Assembly: GCA_946624065.1 (NCBI GenBank)
Contig: CAMORT010000002.1
Span: forward strand, 10,542-74,541
DNA: 64,000 nucleotides
Direction of reading: 5' to 3'
Source: an uncultured Bacteroidales bacterium
GTDB lineage: Bacteria > Bacteroidota > Bacteroidia > Bacteroidales > WCHB1-69
Shown here piece after piece: positions 32,607 to 42,238 of the stretch. Every line of letters begins with the position of its first letter. Within the stretch, counting starts at the first letter, position 1. Under the pieces are notes generated by a model. The model did no database searches and was not told the DNA's origin. It saw only the letters and a program-made list of their open reading frames with translations. The translations under genes were made by a program, and so were the position numbers.

Positions 32607-35321
32607 ATGAACAATGATTTATCCCTTTTCGGAGCAGAGGAGGAAACCAACACGATGGAAACCGTGGATGTGCAACAGCAAGTTGCCGCAGAGCTTATAC
32701 ATTCTCGTGAACAGGTTATGCAGCAAATGACCCAGAAGATGAATGTGGAAGCAAAAAATAAAATAGAAACCGAAAAACCACAAAAAACGGTTTACCAGAA
32801 GAGTGAGATTTTCCCGGATGTTGTGAAATATTTCGGTGGAGATGAACTTGCGGCTGGCGTATGGATTGACAAATATGCGCTTAAGGACAGCAATGGAAAC
32901 ATCATGGAAAGAACGCCGGAAGACATGCACCATCGTATGGCATCCGAGTTCGCCCGCATCGAGAAACGCTATGTGAATCCGATGAGCGAAGAGCAGATCT
33001 TCCATCTTTTTGACAAGTTCAAATATGTGATTCCGCAAGGAAGTCCGATGGCTGGTATCGGCAATCGCGACCAGGTGGTTTCCCTCTCCAATTGCTTTGT
33101 GATTGGCAATGACGCCAACTCCGACTCCTATGGCGGCATTATGAAGATGGATGAGGAGCAGGTGCAACTGATGAAACGGCGTGGCGGTGTTGGCCATGAC
33201 CTTTCCGATATCCGTCCTTCCGGCAGCCATGTGCAGAACTGCGCCCTCAGCTCCACAGGCGTGGTGCCTTTCATGGAACGCTACTCCAACTCCACTCGTG
33301 AGGTGGCCCAAGACGGCCGCCGCGGCGCCCTGATGCTCACGATTTCTATCAAACACCCTGATTCAGAGAAGTTTATAGATGCTAAAATGACAGAAGGGAA
33401 AGTCACTGGCGCTAATGTTTCCGTGAAAGTGGATGATGACTTCATGAAAGCCGCCAAAACAGGCACCTCTTACACGCAGCAATATCCTATCCGCTCTGAA
33501 AATCCGCAATATAAACAGGAAATAGACGCTCCCAAACTCTGGAAAAAAATCATTCACAATGCATGGAAATCCGCTGAACCGGGCATCCTTTTCTGGGATA
33601 CCATTCAGCGCGAGTCGGTGCCGGATTGCTACAAAACCGATGGTTTTGAGACTGTTTCCACCAACCCTTGCGGTGAGATTCCGTTGTGCCCTTACGACAG
33701 CTGCCGTCTGATCGCTATGAACCTCTACAGTTATGTGGAGAATCCTTTCACTGACAAGGCCTATTTCAACATGCCGCTTTTCAGAGAGCATGTGCAGTGC
33801 GCCCAACGCTTGATGGATGACCTTATCGATCTCGAGTTGGAAAAGATTGACCAGATTTTGGCTAAGATTGACAGCGATCCCGAAAGTGAGGATGTGAAGC
33901 GTGTGGAAAGAGAATTGTGGCTTAAGATCCGCAAGCAGTCCACCAAAGGCCGCCGTACCGGTTTGGGCATCACCGCCGAAGGCGATATGCTGGCAGCTTT
34001 GAACATCCGCTACGGTTCCGATGAGGGCAACGCCTTCTCCACCGAATTGCACAAGCAACTCGCTTTAGCCGCTTACCGTTCCTCCGTCACCATGGCTAAG
34101 GAGCGTGGCGCTTTTCCGGTTTACAGTTGCATCAAAGAGGGCCACAACCCCTTCATCCAACGAATTCAAAAGGCCGATCCGAAATTGTATGAGGATATGA
34201 TCCGCTACGGCCGTCGTAATATCGCTCTGCTCACCATTGCCCCCACGGGAAGCGTAAGTATCTGCACCCAAACCACTTCAGGTCTGGAGCCCGCTTTCAA
34301 TGTGTACTACAAGCGCAGAAGAAAAGTGAACCCCAACGACATGTCCATTAAGAAAAATACTGTGAAGGATGTGATGGGCGACAGTTTTGAGGAGTACATC
34401 GTATTCCACCAGAAGTTTGTCACTTGGGCGGAGACCCAAGGTTACAAATACGAGCAGATGACGACCATGAGCGAAAAGGAACTCCAGGAATTGATGCAGA
34501 AATCACCGTATTACAAGGCAACCGCCGCCGATACGGATTACATCAAGAAAGTGGAGTTGCAAGGTTCTGTGCAAAAATGGGTGGACCACTCCATTTCGGT
34601 GACGGTGAATCTGCCCAGTGATATAGACGAGCAAACGGTTGCCGACCTCTACATGAAGGCGTGGGAAGTGGGCTGCAAGGGCCTCACCGTGTATCGTGAG
34701 GGTTCTCGTGACGGCGTGCTGATTACCGCCAGCAAGGATGAGAAGAAACCCGAAAAGCAGGATAAACCCAAGAATTTCAAGCGTCCGAAAGAGCTGCAGG
34801 CTGATGTCATCCATTTCAAGAACAACAGTGAGGATTGGGTGGCTTATATCGGATTGTATAACGGACAGCCGTATGAGATTTTCACAGGAAAGACGGGTGA
34901 GGAGAGTTTCATTCTGCCCAAGTGGGTGGATCACGGCATTATCGTGAAAAACCGTCACGAGGATGGAAGCAAGTCCTATGATTTCAAATATTTGGACAAG
35001 GCAGGTTACGAAGTGATACTCCGTGGTTTGGATCGTTGCTTTGATCAGGAATTCTGGAACTATGCCAAGCTGACCTCCGCTTTGTTGCGCAACGGCATTC
35101 CGGTGAACAACATTGTAAGCATCATTTCCGGTCTCAACTTCCGTCAGGAGAGCATTAACTCTTGGCGTAATGGTGTATGCCGTGCCCTTAAGAAATTCGT
35201 TCAGGACGGAACCAAACAAAAAGGTGTGGAGTGCCCTAACTGCCACCAACTTGACACCATGGAGTTTAAAGAGGGCTGTTTGGTTTGCTCCAACTGCGGT
35301 TATTCCAAATGTGGTTCCTAA
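32607..35321 (+). CDS. nrdJ: Adenosylcobalamin-dependent (class II) ribonucleotide reductase
   Basis: 904 aa. Active-site STNPCGEIPL and the class II layout. C-terminal Cys-rich zinc ribbon CPNCHQLDTMEFKEGCLVCSNCGYSKCG. Confidence 0.9.
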   Translation: MNNDLSLFGAEEETNTMETVDVQQQVAAELIHSREQVMQQMTQKMNVEAKNKIETEKPQKTVYQKSEIFPDVVKYFGGDELAAGVWIDKYALKDSNGNIMERTPEDMHHRMASEFARIEKRYVNPMSEEQIFHLFDKFKYVIPQGSPMAGIGNRDQVVSLSNCFVIGNDANSDSYGGIMKMDEEQVQLMKRRGGVGHDLSDIRPSGSHVQNCALSSTGVVPFMERYSNSTREVAQDGRRGALMLTISIKHPDSEKFIDAKMTEGKVTGANVSVKVDDDFMKAAKTGTSYTQQYPIRSENPQYKQEIDAPKLWKKIIHNAWKSAEPGILFWDTIQRESVPDCYKTDGFETVSTNPCGEIPLCPYDSCRLIAMNLYSYVENPFTDKAYFNMPLFREHVQCAQRLMDDLIDLELEKIDQILAKIDSDPESEDVKRVERELWLKIRKQSTKGRRTGLGITAEGDMLAALNIRYGSDEGNAFSTELHKQLALAAYRSSVTMAKERGAFPVYSCIKEGHNPFIQRIQKADPKLYEDMIRYGRRNIALLTIAPTGSVSICTQTTSGLEPAFNVYYKRRRKVNPNDMSIKKNTVKDVMGDSFEEYIVFHQKFVTWAETQGYKYEQMTTMSEKELQELMQKSPYYKATAADTDYIKKVELQGSVQKWVDHSISVTVNLPSDIDEQTVADLYMKAWEVGCKGLTVYREGSRDGVLITASKDEKKPEKQDKPKNFKRPKELQADVIHFKNNSEDWVAYIGLYNGQPYEIFTGKTGEESFILPKWVDHGIIVKNRHEDGSKSYDFKYLDKAGYEVILRGLDRCFDQEFWNYAKLTSALLRNGIPVNNIVSIISGLNFRQESINSWRNGVCRALKKFVQDGTKQKGVECPNCHQLDTMEFKEGCLVCSNCGYSKCGS

Positions 35322-35353
35322 TAAGCAAAACCCATTAACCGACCTAACTATAT

Positions 35354-36082
35354 ATGACCGAAAGTAAGATTGTCAATCTCTATATTCCGTGCCAGATGGA
35401 CATGTTCCAATCCGGTACGGCATATAGTGCGTTGACGGTCTTGGAGCGTTTGGGTGACTTGTGCCAGTATTTTGATGAGCAGACCTGCTGCGGTTGCCGC
35501 TTTTACTTGGAAGGGGAAATCGTATATGCGAAAGATTTGGCCATCAAGATTATGGATAATTGCGATAAGAATATCCCTTTTGTCATTCCTGACAGCACTT
35601 GCGCCGGTTATGTGAAAACCCAATACAAGCATTTGTTGAAAAACGCTTATACGCCTACGGATTTGACTAATTTTTCGAACAATGTGCGAGAGTTGTGCGA
35701 TTACATTGTGAATGTAAAGCAGGTGGAGAGCCTGGGCAACTATTTTCCGCATAAGGTTTTCTATTTCAAGTCCTGTTCGGCGCGCAATGTGTATCCGGCA
35801 AACAACGCGCCAGAGACGCTCTTGCGCAACACACGGGGCCTAGAGTTGCTCATGGATGACGACATTCACGGTTGCTGTGGCGCAAACGGTCGTTTTTCAA
35901 AAGTGAACCCTTCCGCTTCTGAGGCACTTACGGGTGAGATTATCAGCAAGATATACAGCATGGGAGCAGAATATGTCACCTCAACGGATATCCGTTGTTT
36001 GCAGCATCTCGAAGCCTATAAATTGGCGCATGGGGTGGATTTGGAGATTATGCATATAGCCGATATTCTGAAAGGGGAATAG
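35354..36082 (+). CDS. (Fe-S)-binding CCG-domain protein (LutA / HdrB-like)
   Basis: 242 aa. Two cysteine-rich CCG motifs are seen directly (EQTCCGCRFY and IHGCCGANGRF). N-terminus VNLYIPCQMDMF resembles LutA. Confidence 0.8.
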   Translation: MTESKIVNLYIPCQMDMFQSGTAYSALTVLERLGDLCQYFDEQTCCGCRFYLEGEIVYAKDLAIKIMDNCDKNIPFVIPDSTCAGYVKTQYKHLLKNAYTPTDLTNFSNNVRELCDYIVNVKQVESLGNYFPHKVFYFKSCSARNVYPANNAPETLLRNTRGLELLMDDDIHGCCGANGRFSKVNPSASEALTGEIISKIYSMGAEYVTSTDIRCLQHLEAYKLAHGVDLEIMHIADILKGE

Positions 36083-36102
36083 TAATAATTTTTTTCCATA
36101 AT

Positions 36103-36137
36103 AAAAAAACCAGAGCACATCGTGTTCTGGTTTTTTT
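36103..36137. terminator. Bidirectional intrinsic terminator
   Basis: A7-CCAGAGCAC-ATC-GTGTTCTGG-T7, shared by the + strand CCG-protein gene and the - strand tRNA-Cys. Confidence 0.75.
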
Positions 36138-36140
36138 GTG

Positions 36141-36211
36141 AGGTCTCTTCCAGATTCGAACTGGAGTCAACGGTTTTGCAGACCGGTACCTAACCACTCG
36201 GCCAAGAGACC
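36141..36211 (-). tRNA. tRNA-Cys (GCA)
   Basis: The minus strand reads GGTCTCTTGGCCGAGTGGTTAGGTACCGGTCTGCAAAACCGTTGACTCCAGTTCGAATCTGGAAGAGACCT. It has a 7-bp acceptor stem GGTCTCT/AGAGACC, anticodon loop CTGCAAA and T-arm TCCAG-TTCGAAT-CTGGA. CCA is not encoded. Confidence 0.88.
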
Positions 36212-36225
36212 CTGTTAAGACGCTG

Positions 36226-36233
36226 CAAAGATA
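36226..36233 (-). promoter_or_regulatory. -7 promoter box (TATCTTTG) for tRNA-Cys
   Basis: The minus strand reads TTGTATCTTTGCAGCG, 15 nt upstream of the tRNA 5' end. Confidence 0.55.
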
Positions 36234-36258
36234 CAATTTTTTTTGATACCACCAAATT

Positions 36259-36693
36259 TTATTTGTTGGGGTATGGAATTACGATATCATCGCAGTATTC
36301 ACACCGGTAGGAGCGTTTTTCTTTGTCCACCAAGTGGAAAACATGGTCAAAGTAGTGCTCCACGGAGGTGACGCAACGTGGATTCTTGCAATGGATGATG
36401 TTGGTGACGGTTTCAGGAACCTCCAGTTTCACCTTTTTCACCGTTTTGCCGTTTTCAATAATGTTTACCGTAGCATTGGGGTCAATAAGGCCGAGGAAGT
36501 CGTAGTTGATATCAATAACCTCATTGATCTTGATGATGTCCTTCTTGCCCATTTTCAAACTGAAGGCATTCATAATGAGGGCCACATTGTAGTCGGCGTT
36601 TTCCAAATGCAGGTAGTTAAATACGGTCATGCCATATCCGGCTTTGATATGGTCGATGACAATACCTCTTTCTATACTGTTGATTTCTAACAT
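36259..36693 (-). CDS. pyrI: Aspartate carbamoyltransferase regulatory subunit
   Basis: 144 aa. IERGIVIDHI... and zinc cysteines CKNPRC...CEYC. Confidence 0.93.
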   Translation of the reverse strand: MLEINSIERGIVIDHIKAGYGMTVFNYLHLENADYNVALIMNAFSLKMGKKDIIKINEVIDINYDFLGLIDPNATVNIIENGKTVKKVKLEVPETVTNIIHCKNPRCVTSVEHYFDHVFHLVDKEKRSYRCEYCDDIVIPYPNK

Positions 36694-36704
36694 AGTCGAT
36701 GATT

Positions 36705-37628
36705 TTAATAGATTCCTAAAAGTTTGCAGATGAGTGCCATGCGCACATACATGCCGTTTCGGGCCTGGTTGAAGTATTGGGCGCGCGGGTCGCTGTCCAC
36801 CTCGGTGCTGATTTCGTTCACGCGTGGGAGCGGGTGCAGAATGTAGGTGTCAGGACGAGCATAGGTCATCTTTTCGGCATCCAGGATGAAACGGTCTTTC
36901 AGACGGATGTAGTCTTCCTCATTGAAGAAACGCTCGCGCTGCACACGGGTCATGTACAGGAAGTCAAGTTGACCCATATAAGGTTCCATCTGGTCCACCT
37001 CCTCGAAGGGAATGCCTTTTTTCTTGACCACCTCTTCGCGGATATATTCCGGCACACGAAGTTCTTCGGGGGAAATGAAGATGAACTTCACCCCTTCATA
37101 GTTGCTGAGGAACTTGACTAGGGAGTGCACGGTACGACCGAACTTCAAGTCACCGCAGAAACCGTAGGTCTTGTTTTCCACATTGCCGCGCAATCGCTCG
37201 ATGGTCAGGATGTCCGTCAGCGTTTGAGTGGGGTGCTGGTGACCGCCATCGCCGGCATTGATGAGCGGCATGTGGATATAATGGCTTGCCATACGCGGGG
37301 CACCCTCTTTGGGGTGACGCATGGCGGCTATATCCGCATAGCACTCAATGGTGCGCAAAGTGTCGGCAATGCTCTCACCTTTAGCGGTGGAACTGGAGTT
37401 CGGTTCCGAAAAACCGATTACCTTGCCACCCAAACGCAACATGGCTGCCTCGAAACTGAAGCGCGTGCGTGTGCTCGGTTCATAAAAAAGAGTTGCCAAG
37501 ATTTTCCCTTCGCAACTCTTACTGTATTTTTCCGGATCGGCAATGATCTGATGTGCCAAATCAAAGATTTCGCGAAATTCTTCACGTGTGAAATCCGCCG
37601 GGTCTATTAAGCATCTGTTCTTTAACAA
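36705..37628 (-). CDS. pyrB: Aspartate carbamoyltransferase catalytic subunit
   Basis: 307 aa. Motifs STRTR, HPTQ and HPLPR. Confidence 0.95.
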   Translation of the reverse strand: MLKNRCLIDPADFTREEFREIFDLAHQIIADPEKYSKSCEGKILATLFYEPSTRTRFSFEAAMLRLGGKVIGFSEPNSSSTAKGESIADTLRTIECYADIAAMRHPKEGAPRMASHYIHMPLINAGDGGHQHPTQTLTDILTIERLRGNVENKTYGFCGDLKFGRTVHSLVKFLSNYEGVKFIFISPEELRVPEYIREEVVKKKGIPFEEVDQMEPYMGQLDFLYMTRVQRERFFNEEDYIRLKDRFILDAEKMTYARPDTYILHPLPRVNEISTEVDSDPRAQYFNQARNGMYVRMALICKLLGIY

Positions 37629-37697
37629 AATAAGGCCTCCTTATATTTTAGTTGATAATAATTTTCACCAAATATCCCTTATTGCCCAACCACCTTG

Positions 37698-37705
37698 CAA
37701 AAATA
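37698..37705 (-). promoter_or_regulatory. -7 promoter box (TATTTTTG) for pyrBI
   Basis: The minus strand reads TTATTTATTTTTGCAAGG. Confidence 0.5.
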
Positions 37706-37755
37706 AATAAAAAGTTTTTTTGTCTGCCTCTCCGATGCATTTTTTTTCAACAATT

Positions 37756-40700
37756 TTATTCTTGAGGCATCAATTGGAAATTCTTTAACAAAATAAACGA
37801 TGGCGAAATAATGGAAGATGGAATACCCCAGAATATATCTTGCTTGTTCATCTGTTTGGTATTCAGTTGCTTAAGAAGTTTGTTGAACACAACACGCTCT
37901 CTTGAAACACCTGATACTTTGTTCAATAGGTTGAAGTCAACGGACTCAGTTTGGGATACCCGAACGGGGAATGCCTCACCATTGGCAACTTTGATTCGGT
38001 TGACATACAGCGGCACAAGTCTAATATGACCATCGGCATCCTGCTGTTTTCCCATTTTTTCAATCCGATAGGCATATTTGTTTCCCGCTGCGCGTGCCTG
38101 CTTGAGCAATTCCTTGGTCAGCGCTCGTTCGTCCAATGTATTGTTTCCGGTTATTTCCAATATGCCTGCCCCTAATGCCGTGACCAAATACCCGTTGTTC
38201 AGACATAACTGCTGATGTCCGTTTGAGTATTTTCCGCTCTTGGTCGGAGTTCGGTTGGAGAGCAGTTCCAACAATTTACCTCTTTGAACCAATACGGTTT
38301 TCTTGTTGGGTTCCAATCCTTCCGCATCCAAAGTTTGATGCCCTATCAGATGTACGCCAGCCGTTATTTCCTGCTCATAATTGGCGGAAATATTCAACAT
38401 ATTGCTCGTAATCTGTTTGTTGAGCATCTTCATCCAAAAGTTGGGAGTATAGTTTTGAGTGTTAATGGGAGTCCGGACATTAAGCAATGAGGGTGCGCTT
38501 TCTATTAATAAGTAAGGGAGCAGCTCGGAAACAGCGTCTTTTGACAGCAGAACGGGACCATCGTAATACTCCGTGAGTTTTGGCGCATGAGCCCATTCCT
38601 GAAGGCGATGGGCCATTAAATCCACCTCTTGGTACAAGATTTCAATATCAGGCAGATCATGAAAATCGCGGTACAGCAGTTGGGTGTTGTCGTGCAGCGT
38701 GTCACCATCTTCCGTTATCGCAGACGCGTGAAGCTGAATGCAAAGAAGACGGAAGGGGCGGATATATTGGATGTTTTGCGCATTCGTGAAATACGCATTG
38801 GCTTGATACACATAAGTGGTGACTCCGGAGCTATAAAGCGTTGGATTATCATGTAAAAATCTGGCAGACAAATCGTTTGCCAAATATTCCACTTGCGAAA
38901 GGGATATTTCTTCCAGCGGTTTTTCGTTAAGCGAAGATTTGCTGAATGCCTCAGAACGGTCTTTCAGGGCATCTTTCCCATCACTGGGCACATGCGCTGT
39001 CAGTCTAACCTTTTCCTCATAATCCGTGAGCGCTTGCCGGTAGGCGTCTTCCGTGCACTGGTGCGCAGTTTGGACCATGTTCGCGTAATTGTTGTCCAAT
39101 GGCAGATTGCGTGATACCGTATTCGGACAGGAATAGAGGTTTTCGTTATTCAGCGTGTTGTCACCCACCAACAGGCGGGTATTGAGATGTCGTGTCGGTT
39201 GCTCGCATACGGAGAGCGTGCTTCCCATGGAACTTTCTACAGTATAAGTATTCGCATCGGAAATTAAATACTCAACATCGTAAGGTTTGGGATTTTTCAG
39301 CAGCATGCTGTCTGTGAAAAAACGCTGAATCTCATCTTGCATAACCTGGGTCGCAAGAGAAGGGAAGGCCAGCGGACTAGGAGTCTCGTCAAAGGAGACA
39401 GGAGCCAAAAGGGTATGTTTGGGTTGTGTTTGAAGTGGTTGAATATCAATCAGATAACATAACACAGACGGTGCGGTGCAGCGCACAGGTGCGGATGCTG
39501 TAATGGAGTTTGGAGCAATATTGAAATCGGAAATGTCGCCACCATCCATCACTTGGTTCCAAAAATGTTGGTTTTTCGGAATGGAAAGGCCTCGCACCAG
39601 TTCGTTGGCCCTGCCGTCAGCATAGACGCGAAATACCAATTGCGGCACAAATCCATCCGACTCCGAATAATGTATAGTCTGAATCCAATAGCCGTATTCT
39701 TTATTCTGGTTTTTAATCGTTTGTAACAACTTTTTAAACAAGTCGTTATCGGAGGAGTGCGGAGTGCACTCCACCCAAAGTTGGTTTTTATCCTGCCGAG
39801 CTCTTAAAATGGGATTTGACAAGGATGCGGGATCGCCGGAGAGGTAGTCATGGCAAAGAACCAGAGAGGCCGCCTGACTGGAGAACAAAACAGGGCATGT
39901 GGTTGTCGTGACGACCATAGGGGCATTGGCCTGCCGTTGCATTTTGTCGAACAAAGCGGTCTCTTCTTGCAGAATGGCATTTTTTTCAGGAAGATCCGAA
40001 GGATACTCCACCAGAAAATACTTTTCACAAGGTATGGTATAACCCTCTTCATCCGTAAGAGAGGCGGTAAGAGTTAGAAGTGTAACATTTTGATTGTGAG
40101 TTTTTTGAAATCCATTATTCCGGATATCGATCGAATGAGTGCAAGTGTAATGCAGGGTGGCCGTTCCCGACACTTGTGGACCAAAAGCGTTCCAAAGATC
40201 GGAGTATGCCTTAACCGTATTTTCCCATTCTTCCATTTGGAATCCGGAGCAGTAGTCAAGTTGGATTTCTGAAACAAACGGCGCTTCTGTCAGCGGGAAC
40301 GCATCATAATCCGTAGGTTTGCCCATTTTCTCCGAAAACTGTTTGTCCAAAAATGTTTTTTCAGCTTTAAGGTAAACATGCTGAACCTCGTGGGTAATAA
40401 TATGTTCCACTGCTGGAAAATTATAGTCAAGCGGCAGCAGAATGTTTTTTTCGGAAGAAGCGGCAATGACTTTTCCGCTTAATGGGTTGCCCACGAGTAG
40501 TTCCACCGTTAAGGTGCGGTAACTGTGGTGTTGTTTGGAGGTTAAACTCCCCATAGAAGATGCCAGGATATAGTCGTTGACAGACTCCAAATAGAAACGG
40601 AGAGAGCAAATGGGTGCTTCCCGGTTTTGGTAACGGGAATATTGTTGTTGAAGGGTATTCTGAAGGGCGTCAACAAACTGTTTCTCATCCGCCAACGATT

Positions 40701-40770
40701 GCGCTCTGCCGTTTGTGAGGAGCAGCAAACAGCAAAGGAGCAGGCAGGGGAGGAGGGTCAGTTTGCGCAT
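37756..40770 (-). CDS. Large secreted hypothetical protein made of two homologous ~480-aa halves (TldD/PmbA-like fold suspected)
   Basis: 1004 aa with signal peptide MRKLTLLPCLLLCCLLLLTNGRAQ. The internal duplication is visible, for example ICSLRFYLESVNDYILASSMGSLTSKQHHSYRTLTVELLVGN versus YDVEYLISDANTYTVESSMGSTLSVCEQPTRHLNTRLLVGD. Confidence refers to the CDS call. Confidence 0.85.
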   Translation of the reverse strand: MRKLTLLPCLLLCCLLLLTNGRAQSLADEKQFVDALQNTLQQQYSRYQNREAPICSLRFYLESVNDYILASSMGSLTSKQHHSYRTLTVELLVGNPLSGKVIAASSEKNILLPLDYNFPAVEHIITHEVQHVYLKAEKTFLDKQFSEKMGKPTDYDAFPLTEAPFVSEIQLDYCSGFQMEEWENTVKAYSDLWNAFGPQVSGTATLHYTCTHSIDIRNNGFQKTHNQNVTLLTLTASLTDEEGYTIPCEKYFLVEYPSDLPEKNAILQEETALFDKMQRQANAPMVVTTTTCPVLFSSQAASLVLCHDYLSGDPASLSNPILRARQDKNQLWVECTPHSSDNDLFKKLLQTIKNQNKEYGYWIQTIHYSESDGFVPQLVFRVYADGRANELVRGLSIPKNQHFWNQVMDGGDISDFNIAPNSITASAPVRCTAPSVLCYLIDIQPLQTQPKHTLLAPVSFDETPSPLAFPSLATQVMQDEIQRFFTDSMLLKNPKPYDVEYLISDANTYTVESSMGSTLSVCEQPTRHLNTRLLVGDNTLNNENLYSCPNTVSRNLPLDNNYANMVQTAHQCTEDAYRQALTDYEEKVRLTAHVPSDGKDALKDRSEAFSKSSLNEKPLEEISLSQVEYLANDLSARFLHDNPTLYSSGVTTYVYQANAYFTNAQNIQYIRPFRLLCIQLHASAITEDGDTLHDNTQLLYRDFHDLPDIEILYQEVDLMAHRLQEWAHAPKLTEYYDGPVLLSKDAVSELLPYLLIESAPSLLNVRTPINTQNYTPNFWMKMLNKQITSNMLNISANYEQEITAGVHLIGHQTLDAEGLEPNKKTVLVQRGKLLELLSNRTPTKSGKYSNGHQQLCLNNGYLVTALGAGILEITGNNTLDERALTKELLKQARAAGNKYAYRIEKMGKQQDADGHIRLVPLYVNRIKVANGEAFPVRVSQTESVDFNLLNKVSGVSRERVVFNKLLKQLNTKQMNKQDIFWGIPSSIISPSFILLKNFQLMPQE

Positions 40771-40779
40771 ACGCGTGGG

Positions 40780-42060
40780 TTAGTCTCTGAAGATGGTGGC
40801 GTCGCGGTCGGGACCCACAGAAACGATGGAAATCGGGGTGTGGGTTTCCTCTTCGATGAAACGGATGTAGTCCTTGAAAGTTTGGGGCAGTTCTTCGTAG
40901 CTTTTGCATTGGCTGATATCCTGCATCCAACCTTTCAGCGGGGTATAGACAGGTTCGATTTCGGCGTCGTTGTCGGTGGGCATCTTGGTGGTGAGTTCGC
41001 CGTTCACCTTGTATGCGGTGCAGATGTTGATGGTCTCGAAGTTGGACATCACATCGGCTTTGGTGAGGGCGATGTCGGTAACGCCATTGATCATGAGGGC
41101 GTACTTGAGGGCCACGAGGTCAAGCCAACCGCAGCGGCGCGGCCTGCCGGTGGTGGCGCCGTATTCGTTGCCCTGCTTGCGCAGTGTCTCACCAGTGGTG
41201 TCGAAAAGCTCCGTGGGGAAGGGGCCGCTGCCCACGCGCGTGCAGTAGGCCTTCACAATGCCGATAACCTTGCCTGCAAAGTGCGGGTCAAGACCGAGTC
41301 CGGTGAATGCGCCGGCGGCAATGGTGTTGGATGAGGTGACGAACGGGTAGGCGCCGAACTCCAGGTCCAGCATCGTGCCCTGCGCACCCTCCGCCAGCAC
41401 GGATTTCCCGTCTTGCAGATAATCGTACATCTCATATTCGCTGTCGATGAAGGTGAAAGACTTCAGCATGGCCAGCGAATCCATCCATTTCTGTTCCAGT
41501 TCGGATAATTTCTGCTTGTAGTCAAAGTTCAGACTGTCAAGTATTTGCAGATGTTGGTTTTGGATTTGTTTGTATTTTTCCAGAAATTTGGGCGAAAGCA
41601 GGTCGCAGACACGCAGACCGGTGCGGGCAGTCTTGTCCGTGTAGGTGGGTCCAATGCCCTTGAGGGTGGAACCGATTTTCATGTCGCCTTTTTGTGCCTC
41701 GTATGCCGCATCCAGCAACTTGTGTGTGGGCAGGATGAGGTGCGCCTTCTTGGAAACGAAAAGATTGTCGGTCGGGGTAAGCCCCATGGCTATCAGCGCG
41801 TTGATTTCCTCCTCAAAAGTTACAGGGTCAATCACCACACCATTACCGATAATATTGATTTTCTCCTTGTGGAAAATACCGGACGGGATAATGTGGAGCA
41901 CATGGCGGATGCCGTTGAACTCCAATGAGTGTCCGGCGTTCGGACCGCCTTGGAAGCGGGCTACCACATCGTATTTCGGGGTCACCACATCCACGATCTT
42001 GCCTTTTCCTTCATCACCCCATTGCAAACCAAGTAAAATGTCAATCTTCTTTTTTTCCAT
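40780..42060 (-). CDS. purA: Adenylosuccinate synthase
   Basis: 426 aa. GLQWGDEGKGK P-loop and GIGPTY. Confidence 0.96.
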   Translation of the reverse strand: MEKKKIDILLGLQWGDEGKGKIVDVVTPKYDVVARFQGGPNAGHSLEFNGIRHVLHIIPSGIFHKEKINIIGNGVVIDPVTFEEEINALIAMGLTPTDNLFVSKKAHLILPTHKLLDAAYEAQKGDMKIGSTLKGIGPTYTDKTARTGLRVCDLLSPKFLEKYKQIQNQHLQILDSLNFDYKQKLSELEQKWMDSLAMLKSFTFIDSEYEMYDYLQDGKSVLAEGAQGTMLDLEFGAYPFVTSSNTIAAGAFTGLGLDPHFAGKVIGIVKAYCTRVGSGPFPTELFDTTGETLRKQGNEYGATTGRPRRCGWLDLVALKYALMINGVTDIALTKADVMSNFETINICTAYKVNGELTTKMPTDNDAEIEPVYTPLKGWMQDISQCKSYEELPQTFKDYIRFIEEETHTPISIVSVGPDRDATIFRD

Positions 42061-42115
42061 AAAATGCTATAAAGTCATTGTTTAGAAATTATCGCAAACC
42101 ATGTGTTTGCAGCGG

Positions 42116-42123
42116 CAAAGATA
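42116..42123 (-). promoter_or_regulatory. -7 promoter box (TATCTTTG) for purA
   Basis: The minus strand reads GAGTATCTTTGCCGC. Confidence 0.5.
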
Positions 42124-42165
42124 CTCAAAAAATGTATTCATCTTTTTGAATATTCCAAATTTTAT

Positions 42166-42173
42166 TATTTTTG
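42166..42173 (+). promoter_or_regulatory. -7 promoter box (TATTTTTG) for trxA
   Basis: TTATTATTTTTGCGAC. Confidence 0.5.
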
Positions 42174-42238
42174 CGACTTCAATTCATATACCCTTAACTT
42201 TTGAGTTTTGATTTTTTTTAACTTTAAATTTTAATATT

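Noticed and set aside
40378-40392. HEVQH (HExxH zincin-like motif) in the N-terminal half of the 1004-aa protein.
   Set aside because: The colinear position in the duplicated second half reads AHQCTEDAY, with no motif. The string lies in a predicted helical N-terminal sub-domain, not where TldD carries its metal site. No third ligand motif is evident. It is probably fortuitous.
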